The notes beneath the pieces are model-generated. The model ran no database searches and was not told where the DNA came from. It saw nothing but the letters and a program-made list of their open reading frames with translations. A stretch of DNA of 64,000 nucleotides from a virus. Every line of letters begins with the position of its first letter. The stretch's first letter is position 1. Shown here one piece after another: positions 18,644-29,714 of the stretch. A program made the position numbers and the translations under genes. The DNA is taken from IMG/VR virus record IMGVR_UViG_3300034061_002572, positions 58,644 to 122,643 of that record, one strand, 5' to 3'.

Positions 18644-19660
18644 TTAAGAATTCCAAAATTTCTCACAGCTGTTGTTAAGATCTTTCAGAATGTCCTCATT
18701 TAAAGGGTTCTTCAAGAATTCTACAACATCTGAAACATTTCTTCCAAGTAAGCCACTTGACTTAGTATGGTAGATAAATCCATCTGCCTTATTTATAATA
18801 TACTTAAAAAATACGGAATCACGAACAATTGATTTAATTTTTAGTGTTTCCATATCCATATTTGCTGTTTCCATAAAGGATTTTGCAGCTCTTTCTTTGT
18901 TGGTCTCTCCACCTTCACCATTGATATATCTATCCATATTCTCATAAATAATATCCAACGGTGTAGATTTTTTATATTGTGTACTATTTATATCTACAAC
19001 TTTTGCAATGTAAAATAACTTAGTACTGTTTTTGTCAAATAATTTCTGAAGTTCAGAAAGTGCTTTGTTACGCATTTTCTTATACTCAGTTCTAACCATT
19101 ACTGTTTCTTCTTCTTTGTCTAAGTAAAACTTAGGAGGAACAGCTTTTGATCTAGCATCATCATAACTCTTAGCTACAATTGAAAATCCTCCAGCTTCAA
19201 TAGCATAAAGTTTAACTCTGTCAAATGGGTCTTTAGGATCCAAGTACAAAGGTTCATTACCACATGATATGCTTATCTTATTCCAAAAGTCAGCATTATC
19301 TGGTTTAAGTAATTTTACTTTATTCCAGAACTGTGGGTCATCTACCTCTATATAATTAGCTGCAAGCTCTCTTTCTAATTCTGCAACTGCAGTTCTTATT
19401 TGAAAGATTCTTGCTTCTTTCTCATCTTTAGGGAGATGATTAATCTCCGGTGAGAATTCATTTAGTCCTGTGATGTATCTTATTACACCATTTACTTCTA
19501 AACAAGCTAGTTGTTCATTGTGTGTAACTCCATCAAATAGAGTCATACCATATTCTTCTAATCCCATGTTAGAAGTTCTACTGTCAAAGAACGGTCTGAT
19601 AGCAATTGCCGTCTTTCTTACTGAGCCCTTACCGGTCTCAACCATTGTGAAATTTTCCAT
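18644..19660 (-). CDS. Conserved crAss-like protein downstream of MCP (gene-75-like)
   Basis: 338 aa; syntenic position; ends LLGRNVSDVVEFLKNPLNEDIL. Confidence 0.55.
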   Translation of the reverse strand: MENFTMVETGKGSVRKTAIAIRPFFDSRTSNMGLEEYGMTLFDGVTHNEQLACLEVNGVIRYITGLNEFSPEINHLPKDEKEARIFQIRTAVAELERELAANYIEVDDPQFWNKVKLLKPDNADFWNKISISCGNEPLYLDPKDPFDRVKLYAIEAGGFSIVAKSYDDARSKAVPPKFYLDKEEETVMVRTEYKKMRNKALSELQKLFDKNSTKLFYIAKVVDINSTQYKKSTPLDIIYENMDRYINGEGGETNKERAAKSFMETANMDMETLKIKSIVRDSVFFKYIINKADGFIYHTKSSGLLGRNVSDVVEFLKNPLNEDILKDLNNSCEKFWNS

Positions 19661-19705
19661 TGTTGTTGGTTTTTATTTGTTGGTTAAATTTAATACTTTT
19701 TAATT

Positions 19706-19739
19706 AAAAAAGGGAGGAGTTTCCCCCTCCCCGTTTTTT
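19706..19739 (-). terminator. Intrinsic terminator after MCP (possibly bidirectional)
   Basis: AAAAAAGGGAGG...CCTCCCCGTTTTT. Confidence 0.7.
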
Positions 19740-19751
19740 ATAGTGTCCTGG

Positions 19752-21371
19752 TTAGAATGATCCACCAGTAATTGGATTTCTCATAACAATCTTAAGGACT
19801 TTAGTTGGATCCTTAACCCAGATAGCTGGCATTGTTTGAGACATCATAACACGGTACCCATTAAATTGTCCAGAAGACTGGAATCCTTGTGTACGTCCCA
19901 TGTAGTCCATAGTACCATTTTGATACCACCATTTAAGTTGGTTGTCCCAAGACAATTTCAACAAGAAGATGTTATCATTTGTATTATCAGTAATGTCAAA
20001 GATAATAAAGCTATAAGAGCTTAATGGGAAACCATCAATGATTGGGTTCTCAATGTCATTTGTATGAATATTGTCAAATGCTGGGTTAAGAACAAACTTA
20101 ACATTCGCCAAGAATGGGATTACATATGAAGTATATGCAAATCCAAAGTTCAAGTCCATACCTTTACCAGTGATAGCACCAATATCAGCAGCCTGAATCA
20201 AAAGACCTGAAGATACTGCTTCTCTTTTGATAGCTTCATTTACCATACGCATACCACCCATACCTGTTTGTACAACTAGGCTACGTTTTGGATCTGGACC
20301 TTGGAACTCAACCTTACCATTGAAGAAGTTGTAGATTTCTCCACGGAACAAATCAAGTGTAAAGTTATTTTTATTGTATACTCTTTTAAAAGAGTTATCC
20401 AACTGTTTCCAAAGACCTACAGACAATCTTACATCATCTGGACCATCTTGACGAACTCTACCTCCATGTCCCCACATTAAGTAAGTCTCAATGTCAGTAG
20501 CAATTTTGCTCAAGTGAGCAGCTTCCATTGTAGTCAAGAAAGTTCTAGATAAATCACCATTATCAAATGCACGTTTAACTTTATCTTTTCCAAGAACTTT
20601 AACCATATCATCTAATGATGTGATAGATGGATCAATGTTTTGGTCAAATGTTCTCCAGATCTCAGTTACAGGAACTGTACCATCTGCATTCATTCCACCT
20701 TTAATCATCAAGTCAGCACGGCTAGAGATTGAATAGTGAACATGAGCTTCAGCACCACCAACAAAGTTATAGAACTCACGGAATCCTGTTCTTGTTTGGA
20801 TGTCAGAAAATCTTTCACCATATTCTCCACGGGCAGAACCTTTACGGAAAACTTTAGTACCGTTAGCCAAGTACTTGTTATCTAAATATTTGTAGTTGTC
20901 ATTGTCTACTAATTGTACTGTATAGATATATCCATCTCCTAAAGGAAGGATATCTTCTGAAGGTACAATGTACAATTCAGCCCCATTATATTTGTCATAA
21001 GTGATGATGTCACCATGACCAAATTCTCTACGGCTTAATTTAATGCGGAATGTAGTTCCATCCACACCTTTAAAGTTATTGTCTGGTTCAATATCCTCAA
21101 TGATGTAAGGTAAGTCTACAGACACAGGAGTCTGCCACTTATACTCACCACGAGCATTATCAACCATAATTACATTCTTGCCACCAAATGAAGACATTTG
21201 ATAAAGCGGCATTTCAACTTTCTGAGCCATAGCCCATAAGTCAACTGGGCCTAAGTCCATAGGCTCAGCATCTTTCAGCATGTTAACCAAGTGGTAAGAA
21301 TCCACATGGGAACTTGCGTTGTAAGCGGTATCCCGGAGGAATATACCATTGTTTAAAACTGGAGTTGCCAT
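19752..21371 (-). CDS. Major capsid protein (crAss-like)
   Basis: 539 aa; TerL-portal-acidic protein-MCP order; YLMWG...GLWKQL, VVQTGMGG, C-terminal IWVKDPTK. Confidence 0.8.
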   Translation of the reverse strand: MATPVLNNGIFLRDTAYNASSHVDSYHLVNMLKDAEPMDLGPVDLWAMAQKVEMPLYQMSSFGGKNVIMVDNARGEYKWQTPVSVDLPYIIEDIEPDNNFKGVDGTTFRIKLSRREFGHGDIITYDKYNGAELYIVPSEDILPLGDGYIYTVQLVDNDNYKYLDNKYLANGTKVFRKGSARGEYGERFSDIQTRTGFREFYNFVGGAEAHVHYSISSRADLMIKGGMNADGTVPVTEIWRTFDQNIDPSITSLDDMVKVLGKDKVKRAFDNGDLSRTFLTTMEAAHLSKIATDIETYLMWGHGGRVRQDGPDDVRLSVGLWKQLDNSFKRVYNKNNFTLDLFRGEIYNFFNGKVEFQGPDPKRSLVVQTGMGGMRMVNEAIKREAVSSGLLIQAADIGAITGKGMDLNFGFAYTSYVIPFLANVKFVLNPAFDNIHTNDIENPIIDGFPLSSYSFIIFDITDNTNDNIFLLKLSWDNQLKWWYQNGTMDYMGRTQGFQSSGQFNGYRVMMSQTMPAIWVKDPTKVLKIVMRNPITGGSF

Positions 21372-21398
21372 TTTTATATGTATTTAAATTGTTACTAA

Positions 21399-22664
21399 TT
21401 AAAATCTCTTGAACATGTTAGGTCTTGAGATTGTCTTTTGTGTTGATCTTTGAGGAGAAGCTGTTCTTCTAGTTTCTTCCTCTTCAGATGTTGAAGATGC
21501 AAGTTTTCTTGACTCTTCAGTTTTTAATTGTCTTACTACTTTCTCAGTAGCTGCTTTAGATCCCTGCTCTCTTACTTTGTTTTTGTATCCATCTGGATCT
21601 GCAAGTAACCAAAGAGCTTCAGCAATAAGATCATGTCTTGGTTCTACAAACTGATATTTTTCTATCAAGTGTCCAAACAAGTTTGTAGGTTTACCAGAAA
21701 TTGAAGGGTAGTTAGGTTGAACTAATCCGGAGTATAACATACTCTGCATTTTTTTGTCAAGTTTTACACCTCCTAGTTCTCCAGCAGATAGAGTGTTGAA
21801 TACATTATCTGTATATGCTTTAGCTTGTTTTGCCTGCATTTCTTTTTTCTGCTCTTGTTCTGCTAGTTGTCTTGCAACAATTTCTTCTTGCATTCTATCT
21901 AACTTTGGTTTGAATTGGTTAGCTTTTTGTTCTAACTTATTCATGTCTACCCAGTCATTGATTTCTTCTTCAATTTCTTCAGGTGTTCCAAAGTTTGTAG
22001 CATAAAGATATTGTCTTGCAATTTCTGCTTGATCATACTCATCAGCCGGATCTAGTTCTCTTATTTCCTCAACATGGGCTAAGGTTCTAAATAAGCCTTT
22101 AAGATCTTGTCCGCCATCTGCTACATATTTAGCAGCATATTGGAGTTCTTCAGGAAGAGATTGAAAAAACTCTTTTGGAGTATTTTCTCTAATTGCATTT
22201 TCTCTTTCTTGAAAGTTAGCTTCAAATAGTTCTCTAAAATCTTTTGTTGTATACTCCTCTAAAGGTTTATCGTCATCAAAAGGAATTAGAGTACCTTCCT
22301 CAATCATTTTAGTTGCTAACTCAGCAAGACCTGATTTATCAACTTTTGGTCTTCCTTTATTGCCAGCATCTTCTTCTTGAGAAATTAAGCCATCAAGTTC
22401 AGCTATTGTTTCTTCAACTTCTGCTTTTTTTTCTGCTTCCTCTTTCTTTTCAGTAGGAGTAGCAGTATTGTCAAGGAACGTAGTGTCTACATTTTCTTTA
22501 GAAAACATAGACTTTGGTTTTTCTTCTGTCTTACCATCTTCAGGAAGCATTACACTTTCTGCACCCGGCATTCCAAAGATCTCATCAATATTAACTTCAA
22601 CTTGCTCTACCTTTGTAGTATCAAGTACCTGGGTTTCCCCAGTTGCTTTGTTGGTTTCTTCCAT
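21399..22664 (-). CDS. Acidic putative scaffold/structural protein (gene-77-like)
   Basis: ATG at 22664 preceded by AAAACCAACAACA; Glu-rich coiled coil between portal and MCP. Confidence 0.6.
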   Translation of the reverse strand: MEETNKATGETQVLDTTKVEQVEVNIDEIFGMPGAESVMLPEDGKTEEKPKSMFSKENVDTTFLDNTATPTEKKEEAEKKAEVEETIAELDGLISQEEDAGNKGRPKVDKSGLAELATKMIEEGTLIPFDDDKPLEEYTTKDFRELFEANFQERENAIRENTPKEFFQSLPEELQYAAKYVADGGQDLKGLFRTLAHVEEIRELDPADEYDQAEIARQYLYATNFGTPEEIEEEINDWVDMNKLEQKANQFKPKLDRMQEEIVARQLAEQEQKKEMQAKQAKAYTDNVFNTLSAGELGGVKLDKKMQSMLYSGLVQPNYPSISGKPTNLFGHLIEKYQFVEPRHDLIAEALWLLADPDGYKNKVREQGSKAATEKVVRQLKTEESRKLASSTSEEEETRRTASPQRSTQKTISRPNMFKRF

Positions 22665-22751
22665 TGTTGTTGGTTTTTGGTTATACATTAATATAATAAT
22701 AAATTTTAAAAATTTAAAGCTTTATAATTCTTTTTATCTACTATATAGCTA

Positions 22752-25502
22752 TTAATCTTTCTTTTTATTATTTTGTTTTTGATCAAACTTGTTTTTATTT
22801 ACTTGAGCTATCTGTAATTGTTTATCTGCAATATCTCTTTGAGCTTGAATTTTTTCTCTTTCAATATTGTTTTTCTCTCTATCAATAGTCATTCTATTTG
22901 AATCTTTTTCTCTCTGAAGATTAGTTTGTTCTTGATATTGTTCCGTAGCTCTTATTTCTTTCATAGCATCCGCATAGTCAGACATTTGGTTTTCATTAAC
23001 ATCAACTGCAGCACCATATCCAGCAGCTCTAATTTCAGCCACTGTGATATTATTCTGAAGTTGTTTATCTTGTCTTTCAGCTTCCGCCTGAATTTGCATT
23101 TGTTTTTGTTTCTCCTGAGATTGAAGTTGTTCAGTTTGCATTTGTTGTTGAGATTGCATCTCTTGTTCCTTCATTTGTTTTTGCTTATCTTCAGAAGCCT
23201 TAAGAACAGTATTAAGTTGTGCAATAGAGTCAGACTGAATAATTTGACCAAGATCATAAATACTAGCACCTGCTGTATTATTTGACATAGCCAATTGTTT
23301 AAGTTGTTCAAGAATAGCTCTATGATTTGCTGTAGTACTGCAGAATATATTTAGATCCCTTAATAAAAGTTCTGTTCCATTAACTTGGAAGTTTACTTTT
23401 TCATCTGCAGAAGTTACATATGTTAGTCTTGCAGAAGGATTAGTTGAATGATAATACTGAGCTAAGTCAGTTCTCATTTGATGGACTCTTGGCATTAAAT
23501 AATCACAGTGCTGAATAAAGAATACTTCTGTTTGTGCATAAGAAGCAGATGTTGCTTGTTCTACACCTGTTGCAGTTAATTGAGATAACTGCTGACCCAT
23601 TCTTTGAGGATTTAATCCTATCACTTCAAATGCTTGAGATTTAAAATGATTAGCTAACTGAATCCTAGACATTAATCTTTCTGTTTGAGAAAGATCTAGT
23701 TTTTGGAAATGCTGGAAGTTTAATGCATTTTCAGTGTTAGTAATACTAGTGTCTAATGGAAGCATTTGGAAATTCTTCATAGCAACATATGCTTTTGCTA
23801 AATTTCCTTTTCCCCAATCTTCACCTAGTGAATGTCGTGGAAGAGTGTTCTGATCTAACATGATAATTGTACCAAGTTCATCAACTAAGATGTCTGCAAT
23901 CTGATTGTTAACTATGTTGTATCCAATCTGATATGGCTTCATTAAGTCAATTAATGCTGTTGACTTGGTATTTCTATCTGAAAATACAGCACCTTCTACT
24001 GGTAACTTACAGCCATAAAGAGTACTATCTCCTTTGAACTGAAATTTTAAAGGTCCTAAATTATTTTTTTCAATTCCTAAGTATATTGGAGAAAAACCTC
24101 CTGGATTATTCATTCCCCAAAATGAAGGAATATTAGGTCCAATTTTTACACCACCCCATGTTTCATTAATCCAGATCCAATCTATATGTTCTCCATACAC
24201 TAAAGTGTCTTTAGTTTTATTTTTAAAGAGTCTGTTATCATAGATAGGTTTATCTGTCACTACATATTCTTCTGATACTATTTCAGTGGTTACTTCACCT
24301 AGATCAGTGATTTTAGTTAAGTGTCCTACTTTCTTTTGTGATTTCCAATATACAGTTGATACTCTTAGTAAATATGCTGTACCTTGATCATAGTAGTCTT
24401 CACTTTCTGCAATTATTTGAGATACTATATCTGCACCATCTAATACAGTTCCGGACATAGCTGAAGTATACTGTCTGTATGCAAGAGATGGCATATTAAC
24501 ATTCCATTCATGAGACTTAGTTCCATCATAGAATGAACCATCATTTTGTAATCCTCCGATTGTATATCCAGCAGATCTAATAGGATATACATTTTCTAAA
24601 GCCTCAAGTTGTTCTTGTGTCATTAGATATCCATATTTATCTATTACATCTGACACAGTCATCATATCTGTTTTACCTACCCAGTTACCTTGAGAGATAT
24701 ATCTTACATCTGGAGACTTATGATAAAATGTCAATGCAGGATTCCAAAGTTCAATTTCATAATCATCTTCCATCATCTTAAAGTGCCAGAATTCTCTGTC
24801 TGTAATAAGCATATCACGGAATCCTCTTTCCTCTAACTCATCCATTCTAAACCTTTCAACATCAACTCTATGCTGATGAGCAGCCCATTGTTCTGTCATT
24901 GATTGGTAGTCTTTCTTAAAAAACTTTTCAATCTCAGGAAGAGTTTTTAGTTTATCAGGAGAAGTTTCTTGCTGAAACTCTGGACTTTCAGGATCCATAC
25001 CCTGAGCAACTAAGGCTTGTGTAATTTTCATTTGAGCATCTGAAAGAAGAACTTCTTCTACCATCTTTCTTTTTTGCTCAAGCATTTCATTATATGAAAA
25101 GTCATCAACTGCTCTATATGTAAGTTTTGTAGATCTTTTAGCAAATTCACCTACTAGAACATTAATAACATTTGGAATGATCGGATAAAATTTTAGTTCA
25201 AGTGCTGATACATCTTCTTTAGTTAATATTTCAACTATATCTCTATAATCATTATCATCCTCAACTATATAATCTGTCTTATCAATAATACCTTTTGCTA
25301 GTTTATAATTTTTCATTATTCTTCTAGCATTTCTTCTTAATTGTTTTAGACCTTGCCACTCTAACCAGTCTAAGTTCCAAGCAGCCCATTGTTGATCTTT
25401 TTCTTTTTTAGGAAGAAACTGTAAAGGTTGAGTTATACTACCGATTCTATTTTGAGTAGACTTGGCTCCTTTCTTTGCTTGAATAGCATTTATAATTTGC
25501 AT
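22752..25502 (-). CDS. Portal protein
   Basis: 916 aa after TerL; FYPIIPNVINVLVGE, LIDLMKPYQIGYNIVNNQI; C-terminal Gln-rich coiled coil. Confidence 0.85.
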   Translation of the reverse strand: MQIINAIQAKKGAKSTQNRIGSITQPLQFLPKKEKDQQWAAWNLDWLEWQGLKQLRRNARRIMKNYKLAKGIIDKTDYIVEDDNDYRDIVEILTKEDVSALELKFYPIIPNVINVLVGEFAKRSTKLTYRAVDDFSYNEMLEQKRKMVEEVLLSDAQMKITQALVAQGMDPESPEFQQETSPDKLKTLPEIEKFFKKDYQSMTEQWAAHQHRVDVERFRMDELEERGFRDMLITDREFWHFKMMEDDYEIELWNPALTFYHKSPDVRYISQGNWVGKTDMMTVSDVIDKYGYLMTQEQLEALENVYPIRSAGYTIGGLQNDGSFYDGTKSHEWNVNMPSLAYRQYTSAMSGTVLDGADIVSQIIAESEDYYDQGTAYLLRVSTVYWKSQKKVGHLTKITDLGEVTTEIVSEEYVVTDKPIYDNRLFKNKTKDTLVYGEHIDWIWINETWGGVKIGPNIPSFWGMNNPGGFSPIYLGIEKNNLGPLKFQFKGDSTLYGCKLPVEGAVFSDRNTKSTALIDLMKPYQIGYNIVNNQIADILVDELGTIIMLDQNTLPRHSLGEDWGKGNLAKAYVAMKNFQMLPLDTSITNTENALNFQHFQKLDLSQTERLMSRIQLANHFKSQAFEVIGLNPQRMGQQLSQLTATGVEQATSASYAQTEVFFIQHCDYLMPRVHQMRTDLAQYYHSTNPSARLTYVTSADEKVNFQVNGTELLLRDLNIFCSTTANHRAILEQLKQLAMSNNTAGASIYDLGQIIQSDSIAQLNTVLKASEDKQKQMKEQEMQSQQQMQTEQLQSQEKQKQMQIQAEAERQDKQLQNNITVAEIRAAGYGAAVDVNENQMSDYADAMKEIRATEQYQEQTNLQREKDSNRMTIDREKNNIEREKIQAQRDIADKQLQIAQVNKNKFDQKQNNKKKD

Positions 25503-25508
25503 AATGTA

Positions 25509-27710
25509 TTACTTTAAGTTTTTAAATGGTGATTTCTTAAATGATTGACCATTTGCAAGTTGCCCTCTTCCAACATGACGGAAAGGGCTTCTATTTAATT
25601 TAAACAAATTTTCTGACTTTTGCAAGTTTTTAGCTGCATCATCCATGATTGTTCTTCTTGAATATCCTCTGTTTGATTGTTGAATTTTCATAAATGCAAC
25701 CAGTGCACAGAATGAAACTAATCTATCCACGTTAACTCCATCTGCATATGCTCTCATTTCTTTGAGTAACATAGGATCTGGAATTCTTTCTATGCCATAC
25801 TTGGTTCTTACAATAGTACCGTCAGGTTTTGTTTCAACATCTAATTCTTCTTTAGTGTATTCAATTGCGTAACTTAAGAGATGAGACTTAAATAATGTTC
25901 CGGTATTTTTCCATCCATATTCCTGAAAAACATTTGCATTTGCTCCTAAATCTTTTAGGAACATAATCTGACTTTTTGGAACTAAGTACTTTTGTTTTTT
26001 TCTGGAGATCATGTATTGAATGAATAGAGATATGTTGTTCTCTATCACCGTCCATGCATTATACCATTCTATTATTAGCTCAAGTCTCTGATGTGTTTTA
26101 TTAATATCATCAAATCTACCACACCATGCAGCTACAATTTTATCTGGTTCAATGTATGTTTCAGTTTCTGTACCTGTTACTTTAGTTACTTCTATTGGAG
26201 CTTTCATTACATAGATAGAACATAATGATTCTGAAGTAGTTGTCTTACCTTCTGATACAGGGTCGATAGAAGCATAATACTGCCCAAATGCAGGATCTGG
26301 AATCGGTCTTTCCCATACCACTAACACACCTGTTTTATCTTCGGTACTTTTAGTAACTGGAAATTCCATAATAGGTCTTTTACTTGAAGCTTTTACAGTA
26401 GGTTTACCATCAGCATCTGTAGATATGTCTAAAAACTCATAGGCATACTCTTTATCTTCTATTCTTCTTTCTTGAGCTCCAACTAAATGAGATGGAAATA
26501 CAGATACAGTTCTATGATCAAATGCTTCTTTAATATTTCTTGGATGCTGTGATATCCTTAATTGGTAAGTTTCAGGATCCAGTTCTTTTTTCCAAGTTTC
26601 AAATTGTTTGTCTAAAGCTTCTAGAGCTTCTTTTATAAGAGAGTTGCCATACTTATCTATGTATGGTGGCATAGACCATTGTTCCGGAATAAATAATCCT
26701 GATAATCCTCTGGTACCTTTCTCATCTAATAAGTCTGTTTCTACGGCATATATATCACTATCTAATGGTTTAAGTATCATTTTTCTTAGTGGTTCACACT
26801 GTGATAAATCACCTACTGATCCTGCAGCAATAAACATTCCTGTAGTAATAAGTCCTGATCTCATTGCAGGTCTCATATACTCATATGTCTGATCCATCTT
26901 TGGGGCAATTCCAGCCTCTTCATGGAAGAAGTATTTAACTGGACCCCCGACACCATTTGTAGGATCTTTCTCAAATGACATTCCTTGCATAGTACCCTTT
27001 AGACCCACTTCTGTTTTTCTATCACCTTTTCTTACTTCAATCTTTTGCTGCCACATTAAGACTTTGTCTGGAGACATTGGACGGTACCATGCAGTATGCT
27101 CATTAAGGAAGGCAGCATATTCCGATAAGAACTTCCAAGAACCTTTCTCATTAATATAGTCTTTAAGACTAGCACCCATTTTCAAAGTAACTCCTGGTTC
27201 AAACCATAACTGATTAAGTAGTTTAGATATATGAAAGTATGAAGATGCAATCTGACGTTTCTTTAAAATAGCTACATGTTTGTAGTTTAATTCAGCAAGT
27301 AGTTCATATAATGCCATATGATACTGAGCATCCCTAATTTTAGCAAAGTCAAACTTTTGTTGTTCCTTATCAAAGATTGGTAAAAAGTTTAACCACATAT
27401 AATAATCCCTGGTAAGATACCATTTCTTATTTCCATTTATGTAGAATACACCTTTTCTACATTTAGTTTTCTGATCATCCCAATAAGCTATAAAATCTTT
27501 AGATTTAAATGGAGCTGTACAGTAAACATTTTTAGTTCTAAATGCTGTAGCTTGTTCATTAAATAAATAAGAAGTGTCATCAAAGTCATATTTACCTGGT
27601 TCAGTAAATATATCTGCTATTGCTCTAGAAAACTCTTCTCTAGAATCATAAGATACAGTAGTCCATGTACCATTATCCCAACAAGGTATATCTTGAAAAA
27701 TTTCACTCAT
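25509..27710 (-). CDS. terL: Terminase large subunit
   Basis: 733 aa; Walker A-like LKKRQIASS, Walker B FFHEEAG, nuclease YYASIDPV, IENN and NVDRLVS motifs. Confidence 0.92.
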   Translation of the reverse strand: MSEIFQDIPCWDNGTWTTVSYDSREEFSRAIADIFTEPGKYDFDDTSYLFNEQATAFRTKNVYCTAPFKSKDFIAYWDDQKTKCRKGVFYINGNKKWYLTRDYYMWLNFLPIFDKEQQKFDFAKIRDAQYHMALYELLAELNYKHVAILKKRQIASSYFHISKLLNQLWFEPGVTLKMGASLKDYINEKGSWKFLSEYAAFLNEHTAWYRPMSPDKVLMWQQKIEVRKGDRKTEVGLKGTMQGMSFEKDPTNGVGGPVKYFFHEEAGIAPKMDQTYEYMRPAMRSGLITTGMFIAAGSVGDLSQCEPLRKMILKPLDSDIYAVETDLLDEKGTRGLSGLFIPEQWSMPPYIDKYGNSLIKEALEALDKQFETWKKELDPETYQLRISQHPRNIKEAFDHRTVSVFPSHLVGAQERRIEDKEYAYEFLDISTDADGKPTVKASSKRPIMEFPVTKSTEDKTGVLVVWERPIPDPAFGQYYASIDPVSEGKTTTSESLCSIYVMKAPIEVTKVTGTETETYIEPDKIVAAWCGRFDDINKTHQRLELIIEWYNAWTVIENNISLFIQYMISRKKQKYLVPKSQIMFLKDLGANANVFQEYGWKNTGTLFKSHLLSYAIEYTKEELDVETKPDGTIVRTKYGIERIPDPMLLKEMRAYADGVNVDRLVSFCALVAFMKIQQSNRGYSRRTIMDDAAKNLQKSENLFKLNRSPFRHVGRGQLANGQSFKKSPFKNLK

Positions 27711-27712
27711 CT

Positions 27713-28228
27713 TTATTGATCATATGCCATACCTATTCCTCCGCGCACTTTACTAGATTGTTCTTCTTGTAAGTCTTTATAAACTCCTTTAAATGAGGCT
27801 CTTATCTGGTCAAAATTCTTTGCGGCTGCAACAAGTGAATTAATATTACCATCTCTTCCTGCAGTAATTGTTGTAGTCTCCATATATTTTGCTAATCTGT
27901 CTAACATAGATGCAATACCTTTATACGCTCTAGATGTAGGTGTTTCATACATTCTTTCACAAAACCTTAATGCATCAAATATAGTTTTGTCTTCAGTAGA
28001 GAATTCAGCTTCTATTTCTCTTATAATTAACATTTCTTTTTCAGCTTCCGGAGTATGAAAGAAAGGATTCATATCTGGATTAGGACAAGTCATATAGAAT
28101 AAGTACTGATATATCTTTAGATAATCATCCGGATATTCATCCATAACATCTTTAAGAGCTTTCAGTGTATAACAATGTTCTGTAGGAATAACAGTATTGT
28201 TTTGTACATCAAATAGTTTTATAAGCAT
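27713..28228 (-). CDS. Conserved protein upstream of TerL (possible terminase small subunit)
   Basis: ATG at 28228; helical protein ending KVRGG; position. Confidence 0.45.
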   Translation of the reverse strand: MLIKLFDVQNNTVIPTEHCYTLKALKDVMDEYPDDYLKIYQYLFYMTCPNPDMNPFFHTPEAEKEMLIIREIEAEFSTEDKTIFDALRFCERMYETPTSRAYKGIASMLDRLAKYMETTTITAGRDGNINSLVAAAKNFDQIRASFKGVYKDLQEEQSSKVRGGIGMAYDQ

Positions 28229-28229
28229 T

Positions 28230-29060
28230 TTACTTCTTTTTAATTTTATCTTTATTATCACGCAAGTAATGCATAATAGCCATAACTTCATCAATTAAAT
28301 AAGGTACCTGAATTGGTATAACTTCTTTTACTATTGGTTCTCCATTTTTATCTAGTTTGCTTATTGGATATCCCCAGTCATCTTCTTTTTCTACTTCAAA
28401 TGTAATATGATGTATATAAATATTTCCAGCTTTTAATTTAGGATTATGCTTTAGTATAATATACATATAAATACTGAGCTGTAATGCATAATGATAAAAG
28501 TTACAGTCATCTAATGTGTCTACTGGAAATACCATTTTTTCTGATTGACCTTCCCAGTTTATATAAGATTCTTTTTTAATCTCTTTGTTAGTTTTGTAGT
28601 CAATGATATTTACTTTACCATTGACTACTTCTACTAAATCTGATTGTCCACAGATACCAACTGATCTAAGATAGACCATATGTTCTGGATACACGCCTGG
28701 TTCTAATTTTTGAGAAGGAGCAATTTTAACTCCATCTTTTAATTCTACTGGAGAAAATATAGGAACCGTAACACCCTCTCTTTCTATTGATGCTAAAGAA
28801 CATAAATCAGCTTCTCTCTGATTATGATACCAAGTACCTAACATAAGAGATCTGTCAGATTCATTGGTCCAAATCTGTTGAATAATTTCAGGACTAACTC
28901 CGGACCACTTAGACTTTTTAGATTTGGAAACTTTCTCAGCAACTTTCTTTGCATCAAAAGGTTTTTTAAAATGGGAAACAAGTGTTGTCACACTTATCCA
29001 GTCTATAGCTTCTCCATCTATACTGGAGTAACTATGATTATCTGCATTAAACTTTATCAT
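28230..29060 (-). CDS. PD-(D/E)XK (RecB/Cas4-like) nuclease
   Basis: SVTTLV, GTWYH, ICGQSDLV, IIDYKTN and YALQLSIY motifs. Confidence 0.85.
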   Translation of the reverse strand: MIKFNADNHSYSSIDGEAIDWISVTTLVSHFKKPFDAKKVAEKVSKSKKSKWSGVSPEIIQQIWTNESDRSLMLGTWYHNQREADLCSLASIEREGVTVPIFSPVELKDGVKIAPSQKLEPGVYPEHMVYLRSVGICGQSDLVEVVNGKVNIIDYKTNKEIKKESYINWEGQSEKMVFPVDTLDDCNFYHYALQLSIYMYIILKHNPKLKAGNIYIHHITFEVEKEDDWGYPISKLDKNGEPIVKEVIPIQVPYLIDEVMAIMHYLRDNKDKIKKK

Positions 29061-29359
29061 AACTTTTCCAATTCTTCTTCTTGATCTTCTGTAGCTATAG
29101 CATCCCATTTACCTAATGGGCACTCTGATGATAATGATCTGGTTTTAAATGCTAATGAACATCCACACTCAGCACAACAAGGCTGTGTTTTCTTTACAGC
29201 ACACTCTTTACCTTTAGTATCTAAGTGTTCACAGTCATCACAGATATCATGTCTCATCCGTGCTATGTCTTCTACAAACTCATCTCTAATAATAGAGTTT
29301 TTAATTCCTTCCAGGATTCCTTTTCTATTCTCCCAGATTGTTTTCAGTACTGCTCTCAT
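29057..29359 (-). CDS. Cys-rich Zn-finger-like protein
   Basis: ICDDC...C...CCAECGC...SECPLGKW. Confidence 0.65.
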   Translation of the reverse strand: MRAVLKTIWENRKGILEGIKNSIIRDEFVEDIARMRHDICDDCEHLDTKGKECAVKKTQPCCAECGCSLAFKTRSLSSECPLGKWDAIATEDQEEELEKL

Positions 29360-29714
29360 CTTTATTTCTTTTAAATTCTAATTTTCTTATTTCTTCTAAA
29401 CTTATTTTGTGCTCAAGTTCAATTAATAAAGAAAGCTTATTCTCAATCATCTTTCTATTATAATATGCACCATAGGTAGATGTATCATGGTTTTCTAAAC
29501 TCTTAGTGTATTTTGGAATTGATTTTCTTACTAATCCACTTTTTGCAACAAAATGTCCAAGACCTTCTACATTAATCCTTGGATGTGCTAGACTGCTCAA
29601 AGTTTTTCTTAACTCCCCATAATAAAATTCAACAATATCTTGAATCATATTTGGATTTTCATTTAACTGCTCTGCTAAATCTTTGTATAGACTACTGGAC
29701 TTCTTCGGTATCAT
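29325..29714 (-). CDS. HU/IHF-like DNA-binding protein
   Basis: Two helices followed by RINVEGLGHF. Confidence 0.55.
   Translation of the reverse strand: MIPKKSSSLYKDLAEQLNENPNMIQDIVEFYYGELRKTLSSLAHPRINVEGLGHFVAKSGLVRKSIPKYTKSLENHDTSTYGAYYNRKMIENKLSLLIELEHKISLEEIRKLEFKRNKDESSTENNLGE

Noticed and set aside
19752-27710. Introns or inteins in TerL, portal or MCP
   Set aside because: ORFs are uninterrupted and I saw no intein splice motifs or embedded homing endonucleases
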